DNA of 64,000 bases from assembly GCA_016187035.1 (NCBI GenBank), contig JACPKL010000008.1, positions 99,990-163,989 on the forward strand, read 5' to 3'. The notes beneath the pieces were generated by a model. That model searched no databases and was not told the DNA's origin. It was given only the letters and a program-made list of their open reading frames with translations. Positions 1-8,271 of this stretch are shown here, piece after piece. This stretch comes from Candidatus Daviesbacteria bacterium (GTDB taxonomy: Bacteria > Patescibacteriota > Microgenomatia > Daviesbacterales > UBA10151). Within the stretch, counting starts at the first letter, position 1; each line of letters begins with the position of its first letter. Both the position numbers and the translations under genes were made by a program.

Positions 1-1
1 A

Positions 2-178
2 GGTTTGGGGAATGGGATGGGGATTAGTGTGGGCAGACTTAGGGAGGATGGCAATAATGGTTTTAAGTTCATTGGATTGTCGCACAACACCATCAGGGGT
101 GCAGCTGGCGGGGCAATCTTAACTGCTGAACTATTAGTAAAAAAAGGATACTTACAAATGTCATCCCGAACAAAGTGA
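2..178 (+). CDS. asd: aspartate-semialdehyde dehydrogenase, 3' end (gene begins upstream of window)
   Basis: Frame-2 translation ..GISVGRLREDGNNGFKFIGLSHNTIRGAAGGAILTAELLVKKGYLQMSSRTK*. SHNTIRGAAGGAIL..AELL is the conserved ASD C-terminus. The last codons and TGA 176-178 lie inside repeat 159-245. Confidence 0.6.
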   Translation, partial: GLGNGMGISVGRLREDGNNGFKFIGLSHNTIRGAAGGAILTAELLVKKGYLQMSSRTK

Positions 179-245
179 GGGATCTTCCAAGTAGAGTGGT
201 AAATATCCTACCATGGAAGATTCCTCGCTAATGCTCGGAATGACA
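159..245. repeat. palindromic mini-element, type A (TGTCAT...ATGACA termini), full copy
   Basis: TGTCATCCCGAA at 159-170 pairs with CTCGGAATGACA at 234-245. An inner pair is GAGGGATCTTCC / GGAAGATTCCTC. Same termini and inner modules as copies at 13458, 32005 and 44969. Confidence 0.8.
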
Positions 246-257
246 ATAGTGGAAACT

Positions 258-1451
258 ATGGCAAAAATTAATTCAAATTATAATAAGCTGCCTCCCTCTT
301 ATTTCTTCTTGGAAATGGGCAAAAAAGTCAAAGCTTTTCAAGAGAAAAACCCTGAGGTAGAGATTTTAAGACTGGGTATTGGCAATACTACTGAGGCTCT
401 AACTTCCACAGTGATTAAAGGGTTAACAAAAGGGGTGCAGAAACTGGCTGATGTTAAAACATACACAGGTTATGGAGATGAGCAGGGTGACAGCAGACTC
501 AGAACAGCCTTAGCAGCATATTACCAAAAAAGCCATATTAATCTTGATCCCCAGGAAATTTTTATCAGTGATGGAGCCAAGCCGGACTGTGCCAATATAT
601 TATCTATTTTCAGTGACAGCAGTATAGTGGCAGTAGCTGATCCGGCCTATCCGGTTTATGTTGACAGCTCAATTATAGCCGGCAAAAAAGTTATTTATAT
701 GAGATGTAGTCAGGAGAATGGATTTATCTCTGATTTGCCATCAAAAAAGGCAGACTTGATTTTTCTTTGCAGCCCTAATAACCCGACAGGGGTGGTGTTA
801 ACAAAGAAGAAACTCCAGGTATTTGTTGAATATGCTAGGAAAACTGCGGCAGTGATTATTTTTGATGCTGCATATGCAGAGTATATTCAAGATCAAGATC
901 TGCCAAAAAGTATTTATGAAATCCCCGGGGCAAAAAGCTGCGCCATAGAAATAAACAGCTTTTCCAAATGGGCAGGATTTACCGGGGTGCGTTTAGGTTG
1001 GAGTGTGGTGCCGATGGATTTGATAGTTGAGGGGGAAAAGAAGGGGAAAATTAACAGTCTTTGGAACAGGCGGCAAACTACCATGTTTAATGGTGCCTCA
1101 AATATCGCCCAGGAAGGCGGTTTGGCAGTTCTGTCTCAGGCAGGACAAAAAGAGTGCAAAAAACTGGTTGATTATTATATGAGAAATAGTGAAATTATTA
1201 AAGAAGGTTTGGAAAGCATGGGGTTGAAAGTTTTTGGCGGAGTAAATGCCCCATACCTTTGGGTAAAATGTCCAAAAGGATTAACTTCCTGGGAATTTTT
1301 TGATAAATTGCTAAATGATGCTCATGTTGTGTCAACTCCTGGTTCAGGATTTGGGAGTATGGGTGAAGGGTATCTAAGATTATCTGCTTTTGGACATAGG
1401 GAGAATATTAAGAAAGCAGTGGAAAGCATTAAAAAGAATTTAGTTTTATGA
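258..1451 (+). CDS. dapL: LL-diaminopimelate aminotransferase
   Basis: ORF 213-1451. MAKINSNYNKLPPSYFF matches DapL N-termini, and NSFSKWAGFTGVRLGW is the PLP-lysine motif. Start moved to ATG 258 because 213-257 is repeat sequence. Flanked by asd and lysA. Confidence 0.8.
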   Translation: MAKINSNYNKLPPSYFFLEMGKKVKAFQEKNPEVEILRLGIGNTTEALTSTVIKGLTKGVQKLADVKTYTGYGDEQGDSRLRTALAAYYQKSHINLDPQEIFISDGAKPDCANILSIFSDSSIVAVADPAYPVYVDSSIIAGKKVIYMRCSQENGFISDLPSKKADLIFLCSPNNPTGVVLTKKKLQVFVEYARKTAAVIIFDAAYAEYIQDQDLPKSIYEIPGAKSCAIEINSFSKWAGFTGVRLGWSVVPMDLIVEGEKKGKINSLWNRRQTTMFNGASNIAQEGGLAVLSQAGQKECKKLVDYYMRNSEIIKEGLESMGLKVFGGVNAPYLWVKCPKGLTSWEFFDKLLNDAHVVSTPGSGFGSMGEGYLRLSAFGHRENIKKAVESIKKNLVL

Positions 1452-2692
1452 ATAAAACTTTGCCGTTTAATAAAGAACAAATAGAAGAAATTATTAAAAA
1501 GTATCCAACGCCTTTTCATATCTATGATGAGAAGGCAATCAGGGAAAACGCCAGAAGATTCTATGAAGCTTTTAATTGGATTTCTGATTTTAAAAACTAT
1601 TTTGCTGTTAAAGCTTGCCCTAATCCATATATTCTGAAGATTTTAAATGAGGAAGGAATGGGAGCGGATTGTTCTTCTTTAGCGGAATTAATTTTAGCAG
1701 AAAAAGTAGGAATTACAGGAGAAAATATTATGTTTTCTTCAAATAATACTCCCTCCGATGAATTCAGGAAAGCTAAACAATTAGGAGCAATTATAAATCT
1801 GGATGATATTAGTCATATTAAATTCTTAGAAGAGGCTGTAGGAATACCAGAGATTATCTGTTTCAGGTATAACCCGGGTCCTTTAAGGAAAAGTGGTGTA
1901 AATTCCATAATTGGCAAACCGGAGGAAGCAAAATATGGTTTAACAAAAAAACAATTATTTGAAGCTTATAAAATTATGAAACAAAAAGGGGTCAAAAGAT
2001 TTGGTCTGCATACCATGGTGGTATCAAATGAAATTGATATGAATGCTTTAGTGGCTACAGCAGAGATGCTTTTTGATATTACTATAGAGCTTTATAAAAA
2101 GCTGGATATAAACTTAGAGTTTATTAATTTAGGAGGCGGTATTGGAATTCCATATAGATTAGACCAAAAGGGGGTTGATTTAAATATACTCTCTCAAAAA
2201 ATAAAAAAAATTTACAAAGAAAGAATTATCAAAAATGGATTAGATTTTTTAAAAATTGTGTTTGAGTGTGGCCGGATAATTACCGGGCCTTATGGGTATT
2301 TGGTTACCAGGGTAATTCATCAAAAGCACATATATAAAGAATATGTTGGTGTTGATGCCTGTATGGCTAATTTAATGAGGCCTGCTTTATATGGGGCCTA
2401 TCATCATCAGACAGTTTTAGGAAAAGAAAAGAAACCTAAAACTCATACCTATGATGTGGTGGGGTCTTTATGTGAGAATAATGACAAGTTTGCAATTGAT
2501 CGGAAATTACCAGAAATAAAGATAGGGGATATTATTGTGATTCATGACACAGGTGCCCATGGCTATGCCATGGGATTTAACTATAATGGCAAATTACGCT
2601 CTGCAGAGCTGTTGTTAAAACCAAACGGTCAAGTTGTCCAAATCAGAAGAGCCGAAAACTTGGATGACTACTTTGCTACTTTAGATTTCTGA
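1448..2692 (+). CDS. lysA: diaminopimelate decarboxylase
   Basis: Orn/DAP/Arg decarboxylase family motifs (YFAVKACPNP, NLGGGIGIPY, GSLCENNDKF). ATGA overlap with dapL. Confidence 0.85.
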   Translation: MNKTLPFNKEQIEEIIKKYPTPFHIYDEKAIRENARRFYEAFNWISDFKNYFAVKACPNPYILKILNEEGMGADCSSLAELILAEKVGITGENIMFSSNNTPSDEFRKAKQLGAIINLDDISHIKFLEEAVGIPEIICFRYNPGPLRKSGVNSIIGKPEEAKYGLTKKQLFEAYKIMKQKGVKRFGLHTMVVSNEIDMNALVATAEMLFDITIELYKKLDINLEFINLGGGIGIPYRLDQKGVDLNILSQKIKKIYKERIIKNGLDFLKIVFECGRIITGPYGYLVTRVIHQKHIYKEYVGVDACMANLMRPALYGAYHHQTVLGKEKKPKTHTYDVVGSLCENNDKFAIDRKLPEIKIGDIIVIHDTGAHGYAMGFNYNGKLRSAELLLKPNGQVVQIRRAENLDDYFATLDF

Positions 2693-2710
2693 GATTGAAT
2701 GATCTGGAAA

Positions 2711-3109
2711 TTAATTAACTGCCAGTAATTTTAGATTAGCAACTCTTGAAAAATGTTTGGGATTAGCAGTGATTAGAATTGAGTTATTGGCTATGCAAGT
2801 TGCAGCTAATATTATATCCAAATCTTCTATTACAGCTCCTTTTTCTTTTAGATCTGCTCTAATTTGTCCGAAAGTTTTGGCTATGTCCTCATCAACACCA
2901 AAAACTTGGCTTAATCCGGCAAAAAAATTTAGAATTCCTTTTTCAGCTTTTTCTCTTTCGCGAACTCGCCAAATTCCCTCATAAAGTTCTGCCAAGCAAA
3001 TGTAAGATGAAGTAAGTTCACCATTTAAATTATTTACAGTTTCAACTGCAGATCCTTTATCTCTTAGGTAGTTAATAATTACTGAAGTATCAATTAAGTA
3101 TACATTCAT
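2711..3109 (-). CDS. vapC: PIN-domain toxin VapC
   Basis: MNVYLIDTSVIINYL.. PIN N-terminus with a C-terminal ..ILITANPKHF. ATG 3109 gives a 4-nt ATGA overlap with the upstream antitoxin ORF. Confidence 0.75.
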   Translation of the reverse strand: MNVYLIDTSVIINYLRDKGSAVETVNNLNGELTSSYICLAELYEGIWRVREREKAEKGILNFFAGLSQVFGVDEDIAKTFGQIRADLKEKGAVIEDLDIILAATCIANNSILITANPKHFSRVANLKLLAVN

Positions 3110-3369
3110 AAAGAAATAGGGGATTTTCTTGATTTTTTCTTTAACCCCTTTTTCCATAAAATATCATTATCCAGAGGACCTTCTTTCCATACTCCAGCAA
3201 CTTTTGCTAGAAGTTTTCTTTTCTCTTCAGGGGCCGCTTTTAAAAGTGCAAAAGGCTTGCCTCCTTTTGTCAGGATTACAGTATCAGTTTTAGCAAGGTT
3301 TTTAGAAATCTTGCCAAAGTTGCGACGAAGTTCGGTAATAGGTATTATTTTAGAGAGAGAGCCGTTCAT
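3106..3369 (-). CDS. Phd/YefM-like antitoxin
   Basis: Small ORF overlapping the vapC start. IPITELRRNFGKISKNL..VILTKGGKPFALL resembles the Phd/YefM N-terminal fold. ATG 3369 preferred over TTG 3387. Confidence 0.6.
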   Translation of the reverse strand: MNGSLSKIIPITELRRNFGKISKNLAKTDTVILTKGGKPFALLKAAPEEKRKLLAKVAGVWKEGPLDNDILWKKGLKKKSRKSPISL

Positions 3370-3504
3370 AATTGTATTATACCACAAATATAAAATTATC
3401 CATCACTTTTATGCTGATTATATTGATCATTATTCTGTATACTGCTTAATGGACGTAACTTCCTACTTGAAAAAAAGTAAAGGGCAAAGTAATGTATCCT
3501 AGTT

Positions 3505-4125
3505 ATGAAAGATATCTTGGGAACATTGCCTGATTGGGTTATTAAAGAACATATTAAAAAGGGAATAATTAAAATTGATCCTTTGCCAAAAGATTGGGAA
3601 GAAATGGTGGATGAGGTGACTATTGATTTTCATTTAGGAAGCAAACTCAGGGTTTTCTCTCATGAAGGTTTAAATACCATAGATACCAAATACACTACCA
3701 AAGAGGATATGGAGTCTTCAATGAGGCTGGTAGAATTAAAGAGTGGCCAGCCATTTATCTTAACTGAACATGATTTTGTGATTGCTACAACTAAGGAAAG
3801 ACTAACACTGCCTGATAATATTGTGGGGCATTTACATGGTAAATCTTCTTTAGCCAGACTGGGAGTGGTGGTTCATTCCACTGCTGCCAGGTTTGACCCG
3901 GGTTGGGATGGCCATCCTGTTTTGGAATTTGGAACTTTCCTAAAGGGGAAAAAACTGGTTATTTATGAAGGTTCTCCAATTTGCGCTTTTTCCTTTGAGA
4001 AACTGGCAGCGCCTGTGGAGAGGTCATACAAAATGAGCCCTAATAACAGGTATGGGGGATCAGACTTGCCTGAAGTGTCTAATATTACAGGGAGAAACAA
4101 ACATGTCAGTAATCGGCATAGATGA
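3505..4125 (+). CDS. dcd: dCTP deaminase
   Basis: GKSSLARLGVVVHSTAARFDPGWDGHPVLEF aligns with the Dcd core, including the catalytic Glu of the (I/V)LEF motif. Confidence 0.8.
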   Translation: MKDILGTLPDWVIKEHIKKGIIKIDPLPKDWEEMVDEVTIDFHLGSKLRVFSHEGLNTIDTKYTTKEDMESSMRLVELKSGQPFILTEHDFVIATTKERLTLPDNIVGHLHGKSSLARLGVVVHSTAARFDPGWDGHPVLEFGTFLKGKKLVIYEGSPICAFSFEKLAAPVERSYKMSPNNRYGGSDLPEVSNITGRNKHVSNRHR

Positions 4126-4657
4126 AATCCTGCTAAGAGTAAAAACAGAAAAACTAATAGAAAATCTTTCCAATAGAGAGTTGAAAAATCCTGAAGGAAT
4201 TGGAATTGATTTAAGATTAGGAGCTGTTTATAAAATAACAGCAGGGGGGGCATTTATAGAAGCGGGTTTGGGTAAAAGAAAAGGAGTAACAACAGAATTA
4301 GTTGCTCAGTTTAAAAAAAAAGGCAGGCAGAAAAAGATAACCATAAAGCCGGGTGATTATTATTTGGTTTCTACTTTGGAAACTATTAATACCCCAAAAG
4401 ATCTAATGCCTGTTATTTTTCCCAGAACTAGTTTATTTAGAGCAGGACTGTTTCTTTTAAATTCCAAAACAGACCCAGGTTATAAAGGTAGCTTAACAAT
4501 GGGTTTAAAAAATTTATCAGAATTTGAGGTTAAGCTGCAACTTGGGGCCAGAATCTGTAATGTGGTATTTTTTAAAATTGATGGGAAAACTAACCCCTAC
4601 AGGGGTCAGCATCAAGGTGGTAGAATAAGTCCTGAGAATGTCGAACAACAAGTCTAA
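4103..4657 (+). CDS. dCTP deaminase/dUTPase-family paralog, dUTPase-like
   Basis: PRTSLFRAGLFLLNSKTDPGYKGSLTMGLKNLS..GARICNVVFF. Same fold as dcd, but the deaminase Glu position reads TMGLKN, resembling the dUTPase motif. ATG 4103 is preceded by GGAGAAAC and overlaps dcd by 23 nt. Confidence 0.6.
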   Translation: MSVIGIDEILLRVKTEKLIENLSNRELKNPEGIGIDLRLGAVYKITAGGAFIEAGLGKRKGVTTELVAQFKKKGRQKKITIKPGDYYLVSTLETINTPKDLMPVIFPRTSLFRAGLFLLNSKTDPGYKGSLTMGLKNLSEFEVKLQLGARICNVVFFKIDGKTNPYRGQHQGGRISPENVEQQV

Positions 4658-5678
4658 ACCCCGATTAAATCGGGGTAAACACCCTGAATATCAATACCTG
4701 GATCTTTTAAAAGAAGTCTTGGAAACAGGGATCAGGAAAGTAGATAGAGGAACTAACATTGTTTTATATTCTCTTTTTGGCAGACAGACCAGGTATGATT
4801 TATCATATGGTTTTCCTCTTTTAACCACTAAAAAAGTCTACTGGAAAGGTGTCTTACATGAGCTGTATTGGTTTATGTCCGGCCAGACCAATATCAAATA
4901 TTTAGTAGATGAAGATGTGCATATTTGGGATGATTATCCATATAAAATATATAAATTCAAAAGTCAAAATATTTCGCAAAGCGAAACTTCCTTCGGAAGA
5001 GCAAAAGTCAAAAGTATTTTAAGCAAAGAGGAGTTTATAGAGAAGATTAAGACAGATAAAAGCTTTGCCAAAAAATGGGGGAATTTACCAAGGATTTATG
5101 GGGAGATGTGGAGAAAATGGCCTACAAGAGTAAAGGGTCGGACAATAGATCAATTAAAATGGGTTCTTCAGGAGATGGAAGATGATCCTGATGCCAAAAA
5201 CTTAATAGTGAATTCCTGGAATCCGGAATATCTTTATACCATGGCTACCAATAAAGACGCTTCCCGTTTCCCAATCTGCCACAACTCATATCAAATAAGT
5301 AATAGAAATGGAAAATTGTCACTTCAGCTATACCAAAGGTCCTCAGATCTTTTCTTAGGAGTACCGTTTAATATAGCCAGCTATGCTCTTTTAACCATGA
5401 TTCTAGCTCAGATAGCAGGATTAGAATCTGGAGAATTTATCCACACTTTTGGAGATGTGCATATTTATGAAAATCATATTCCGCAAGTTAAAGAGCAGCT
5501 GAAAAGAAAACCCAGGCCTTTTCCTAAAGTTAAAATCGATCCGTCTGTTAAAAATCTTGATGATTTTAAACCTGAACTGGTTACCTTGGAAGGATATGAT
5601 CCTTATCCGATGTTAAAAGCACAATTAACTGTGGCAGGGGGACTGTATGATCCTAAAACAGGCCAAATGGCTGGTTGA
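4638..5678 (+). CDS. thyA: thymidylate synthase ThyA (long form with large internal insert)
   Basis: YQYLDLL, FPLLTTKKVYWKGVLHELYWF, catalytic FPICH, SSDLFLGVPFNIASYALLT, HIYENH. Confidence 0.9.
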   Translation: MSNNKSKPRLNRGKHPEYQYLDLLKEVLETGIRKVDRGTNIVLYSLFGRQTRYDLSYGFPLLTTKKVYWKGVLHELYWFMSGQTNIKYLVDEDVHIWDDYPYKIYKFKSQNISQSETSFGRAKVKSILSKEEFIEKIKTDKSFAKKWGNLPRIYGEMWRKWPTRVKGRTIDQLKWVLQEMEDDPDAKNLIVNSWNPEYLYTMATNKDASRFPICHNSYQISNRNGKLSLQLYQRSSDLFLGVPFNIASYALLTMILAQIAGLESGEFIHTFGDVHIYENHIPQVKEQLKRKPRPFPKVKIDPSVKNLDDFKPELVTLEGYDPYPMLKAQLTVAGGLYDPKTGQMAG

Positions 5679-5729
5679 TATTGATAACATTACGTTGGAC
5701 GGCCGTACACTTGTTTGTTACAAGTAAAA

Positions 5730-6212
5730 ATGAATAAACCTAAAATAAGTTTAATAGCTGCTATTGCTTCTGGAAATAGAGCTTTAGGAAAGGGTGGTAA
5801 ATTAATCTATTATATCCCAGAAGACTTAAAAAGATTTAAGAAAATAACTTCAGGCTATCCTATTATTATGGGCAGAAAGACTTTTGAATCAATTGGGCAG
5901 CCGTTACCAAGCAGGACAAATATTGTTATTACCAGGGATCGCCAGTATTTTGCAGAAGGGATAATAGTAGTGCATTCTGTGGGAGAAGCCTTGAAAGAAG
6001 CAGAGGGAAGCGATGAAGTATTTGTTATTGGGGGAGGTCAAATCTATCAGGAAACCATTAGTATGGCCAGTAAACTTTATTTAACTGTGGTGGAGGGAAA
6101 TCCAGAAGCAGACACCTTTTTCCCAGATTTTCAAGATTTTAAAAAAGTAGTCTTTGACCAAAGCCATGAAAGTAATGGATTAAAGTATAAATTCTTGGAT
6201 CTTGAAAGATGA
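5730..6212 (+). CDS. folA: dihydrofolate reductase
   Basis: ISLIAAIA..LGKGGKL..IPEDLKRFKKIT.GYPIIMGRKTFESIG.PLPSRTNIVITR. ATG 5730 lies inside the TTG-initiated ORF 5715. Confidence 0.85.
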   Translation: MNKPKISLIAAIASGNRALGKGGKLIYYIPEDLKRFKKITSGYPIIMGRKTFESIGQPLPSRTNIVITRDRQYFAEGIIVVHSVGEALKEAEGSDEVFVIGGGQIYQETISMASKLYLTVVEGNPEADTFFPDFQDFKKVVFDQSHESNGLKYKFLDLER

Positions 6213-6299
6213 GTAGGAATGTTGTAAAATTTCAGCCATTAAACATCTATCAGTCTATTTTTCCTGAAACTATATTGCTGATAGAGAAGATCAAGGAAA

Positions 6300-7178
6300 A
6301 TGTATAAATTACCTACACTACAAGAATTATTAGAAGCAGGTGTTCATTTTGGGCATCAGGTTAGACGTGGTCATCCACGGATGAAGCCGTATATTTTTGG
6401 TGTTAGAGAAGGGGTTCATGTGATTGATTTAATTCAATCAGAAAGTTATCTTAAGCAAGCTTGTGAGTTTGTATACGAACTTGGAAAAAGTGGAAAAGTG
6501 TTGCTTTTTGTTGGAACTAAAAAACAAGCCAGACCTATTATTGAGGAATCAGCTAAAAAACTACAAGCTCCATACATGGCAGAAAGATGGATGGGAGGAT
6601 TTTTAACTAATTTTGAAGAAATTAAAAAAAGAATTAAACTGTTAAAAGATTTAAAAGAACAAAAAGCTAAAGGAGATTTGTCCAGATACACTAAAAAAGA
6701 GCAGCTTCTATTAGATAGAGAAATGGATAAACTCCATAAAGATTTTGTAGGTGTGATGGATTTAGCAACACTTCCTGATGCTATCTTTGTGGTTGATGCA
6801 GTCACAGATAATATTGCTATCAGGGAAGCAAATAGATTAGGCATTAAAGTTATAGCAATTGCAGATTCAAATTGTAATGTTTCAGAAATAGTTTATCCGA
6901 TTCCTGGTAATGACGATGCTATAAAATCAATTAAAATATTAGTAGAAGCTATAGCTAGTGCTTATGGAGAAGGCAAGGAGGAAGCAAGAAAAGCAGCAGA
7001 GAAAGAGGCCAAAAGAGTGCAAAAGGAAGCCCTTCGATCCCGAGGTCCTCAGGACCGAGGGGCTCAGGGTAAACAGGTTGAAGAAGATGTGGATAAAGAT
7101 TTAGCTGAGCAAGTAGCAGTTGTTGAAGAACAAGTGGAAAAGCAAGCAATTAAAGAAGCAGAAAGAATCGTTGAGTAA
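6300..7178 (+). CDS. rpsB: 30S ribosomal protein S2 with charged C-terminal extension
   Basis: LLEAGVHFGHQVRRGHPRMKPYIFG.. and an AIADSNC block. About 50 extra Glu/Lys/Ala-rich residues at the C-terminus. Confidence 0.95.
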   Translation: MYKLPTLQELLEAGVHFGHQVRRGHPRMKPYIFGVREGVHVIDLIQSESYLKQACEFVYELGKSGKVLLFVGTKKQARPIIEESAKKLQAPYMAERWMGGFLTNFEEIKKRIKLLKDLKEQKAKGDLSRYTKKEQLLLDREMDKLHKDFVGVMDLATLPDAIFVVDAVTDNIAIREANRLGIKVIAIADSNCNVSEIVYPIPGNDDAIKSIKILVEAIASAYGEGKEEARKAAEKEAKRVQKEALRSRGPQDRGAQGKQVEEDVDKDLAEQVAVVEEQVEKQAIKEAERIVE

Positions 7179-7186
7179 TTAGTATT

Positions 7187-7642
7187 ATGTCAACTAATCT
7201 TGATAGTATTAAGAAGTTAAGAGAAGAAACTGGGGCTGGAATTGCTGATTGTAAAGAGGCTTTAAAAGAATCTGATGGAGGTTTGGAAAAAGCAAAAGAA
7301 GTTTTAAAGAAAAAAGGTTTTGAAAAAGGGGCTTCTAAAGCAGCAAGAGAAGTTAAAGCAGGATTAATAGATGTGTATTCCCACTTTGGGAAAGTTGGAG
7401 TCATGGTTGAACTTTTATGTGAGACAGATTTTGTAGCCAGGACAGATGATTTTAAAAATCTGGCTCATGAACTATCTTTACAAGTTGCATCAATGAATCC
7501 TTCTTCTGTGGAAGAACTTTTAGAACAAGAATATATTAGAGATACAACCCTGACAGTAGACCTGTTGATAAAATCAGTAAGTGGTAAACTAGGGGAAAAT
7601 ATACAAGTAGGAAGATTTGAAAGGATCGCCTTAGGGGTATAA
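7187..7642 (+). CDS. tsf: elongation factor Ts (short 151-aa form)
   Basis: LREETGAGIADCKEAL UBA-like N-terminus and CETDFVARTDDF core. Follows rpsB. Confidence 0.85.
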   Translation: MSTNLDSIKKLREETGAGIADCKEALKESDGGLEKAKEVLKKKGFEKGASKAAREVKAGLIDVYSHFGKVGVMVELLCETDFVARTDDFKNLAHELSLQVASMNPSSVEELLEQEYIRDTTLTVDLLIKSVSGKLGENIQVGRFERIALGV

Positions 7643-8197
7643 ATGGATCCTATACTGACCAAAGCCACTGAAAAGATTGATGTTGCACTTCATCACTTTA
7701 AAGTGGAGATTGTTGGTATCAGAGCTGGCAGGGCTAATCCAGCACTAATAGAAAATATTTCTATTGAAGTATATGGTAGTAGAATGAAGTTAATGGAGGT
7801 AGGTAATATTTCCGCACCACAGCCAACTCTGCTAACAGTTCAGGTTTGGGACGCTTCAATCTTACAAAGCGTTTTAAAGGGGATTATGGAGGCAAACCTG
7901 GGTCTAAATCCTTCTAATGACGGGACGTTAGTCCGTTTGCCTATACCGCCATTAACTGCTGAGAGAAGAGAAGAGTTTATAAAGATATTGCATCACAAAA
8001 TAGAAGAAGCTAGAGTAGCTATTAGGCAAATCAGACAGGATTTTAGAAATGAGTGGAAAAAACAGTCTGAAGACGGACAAATTGGTGAAGATGAGTTTCA
8101 AAGAAGGGAAAAATTGCTTCAGGATTTGATAGATAGAAAGATTCTGGAAGTGGAAGACTTGGGAAAAGCTAAGAAAGAGGAACTAATAGAGATTTAA
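7643..8197 (+). CDS. frr: ribosome recycling factor
   Basis: IRAGRANPALIENISIEVYG.., LPIPPLTAERREE. Confidence 0.9.
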   Translation: MDPILTKATEKIDVALHHFKVEIVGIRAGRANPALIENISIEVYGSRMKLMEVGNISAPQPTLLTVQVWDASILQSVLKGIMEANLGLNPSNDGTLVRLPIPPLTAERREEFIKILHHKIEEARVAIRQIRQDFRNEWKKQSEDGQIGEDEFQRREKLLQDLIDRKILEVEDLGKAKKEELIEI

Positions 8198-8271
8198 GAT
8201 TTATGAATAACGATTTAAGAATGAAGGATCGTAAATCTTGAATCTTAAATCATAAATCACTTTTTACTACT

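Noticed and set aside
213-257. N-terminal 15 codons of the longest dapL ORF (MEDSSLMLGMTIVET)
   Set aside because: They lie entirely within palindromic repeat 159-245. DapL homology begins at ATG 258.
4052-4102. 5' extension of the second dcd-family ORF (MGDQTCLKCLILQGETN)
   Set aside because: It overlaps the dcd 3' end in another frame. ATG 4103, with an upstream GGAG, fits the family N-terminus better.
6247-6284. CTATCAG..CTGATAG inverted repeat upstream of rpsB as an S2 autoregulatory leader
   Set aside because: It is a 7-bp stem with a 24-nt loop, and I cannot match it to a known leader structure from memory.
6446-6844. Other antisense or nested ORFs in the track (e.g. 6446-6844, 17512-17868, 33387-33779, 42585-43022, 40387-40758, 20903-21139)
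   Set aside because: Each is fully contained in a well-supported gene on the opposite strand or in another frame, and none has a recognisable domain.
8196-8251. AT-rich interleaved inverted repeats (AAGATTTA/TAAATCTT and GATTTAAGA/TCTTAAATC) downstream of frr as a terminator
   Set aside because: The stems are all A-T, the loops are large, and only a weak T5 run lies 9 nt downstream. This is not convincing without transcript data.
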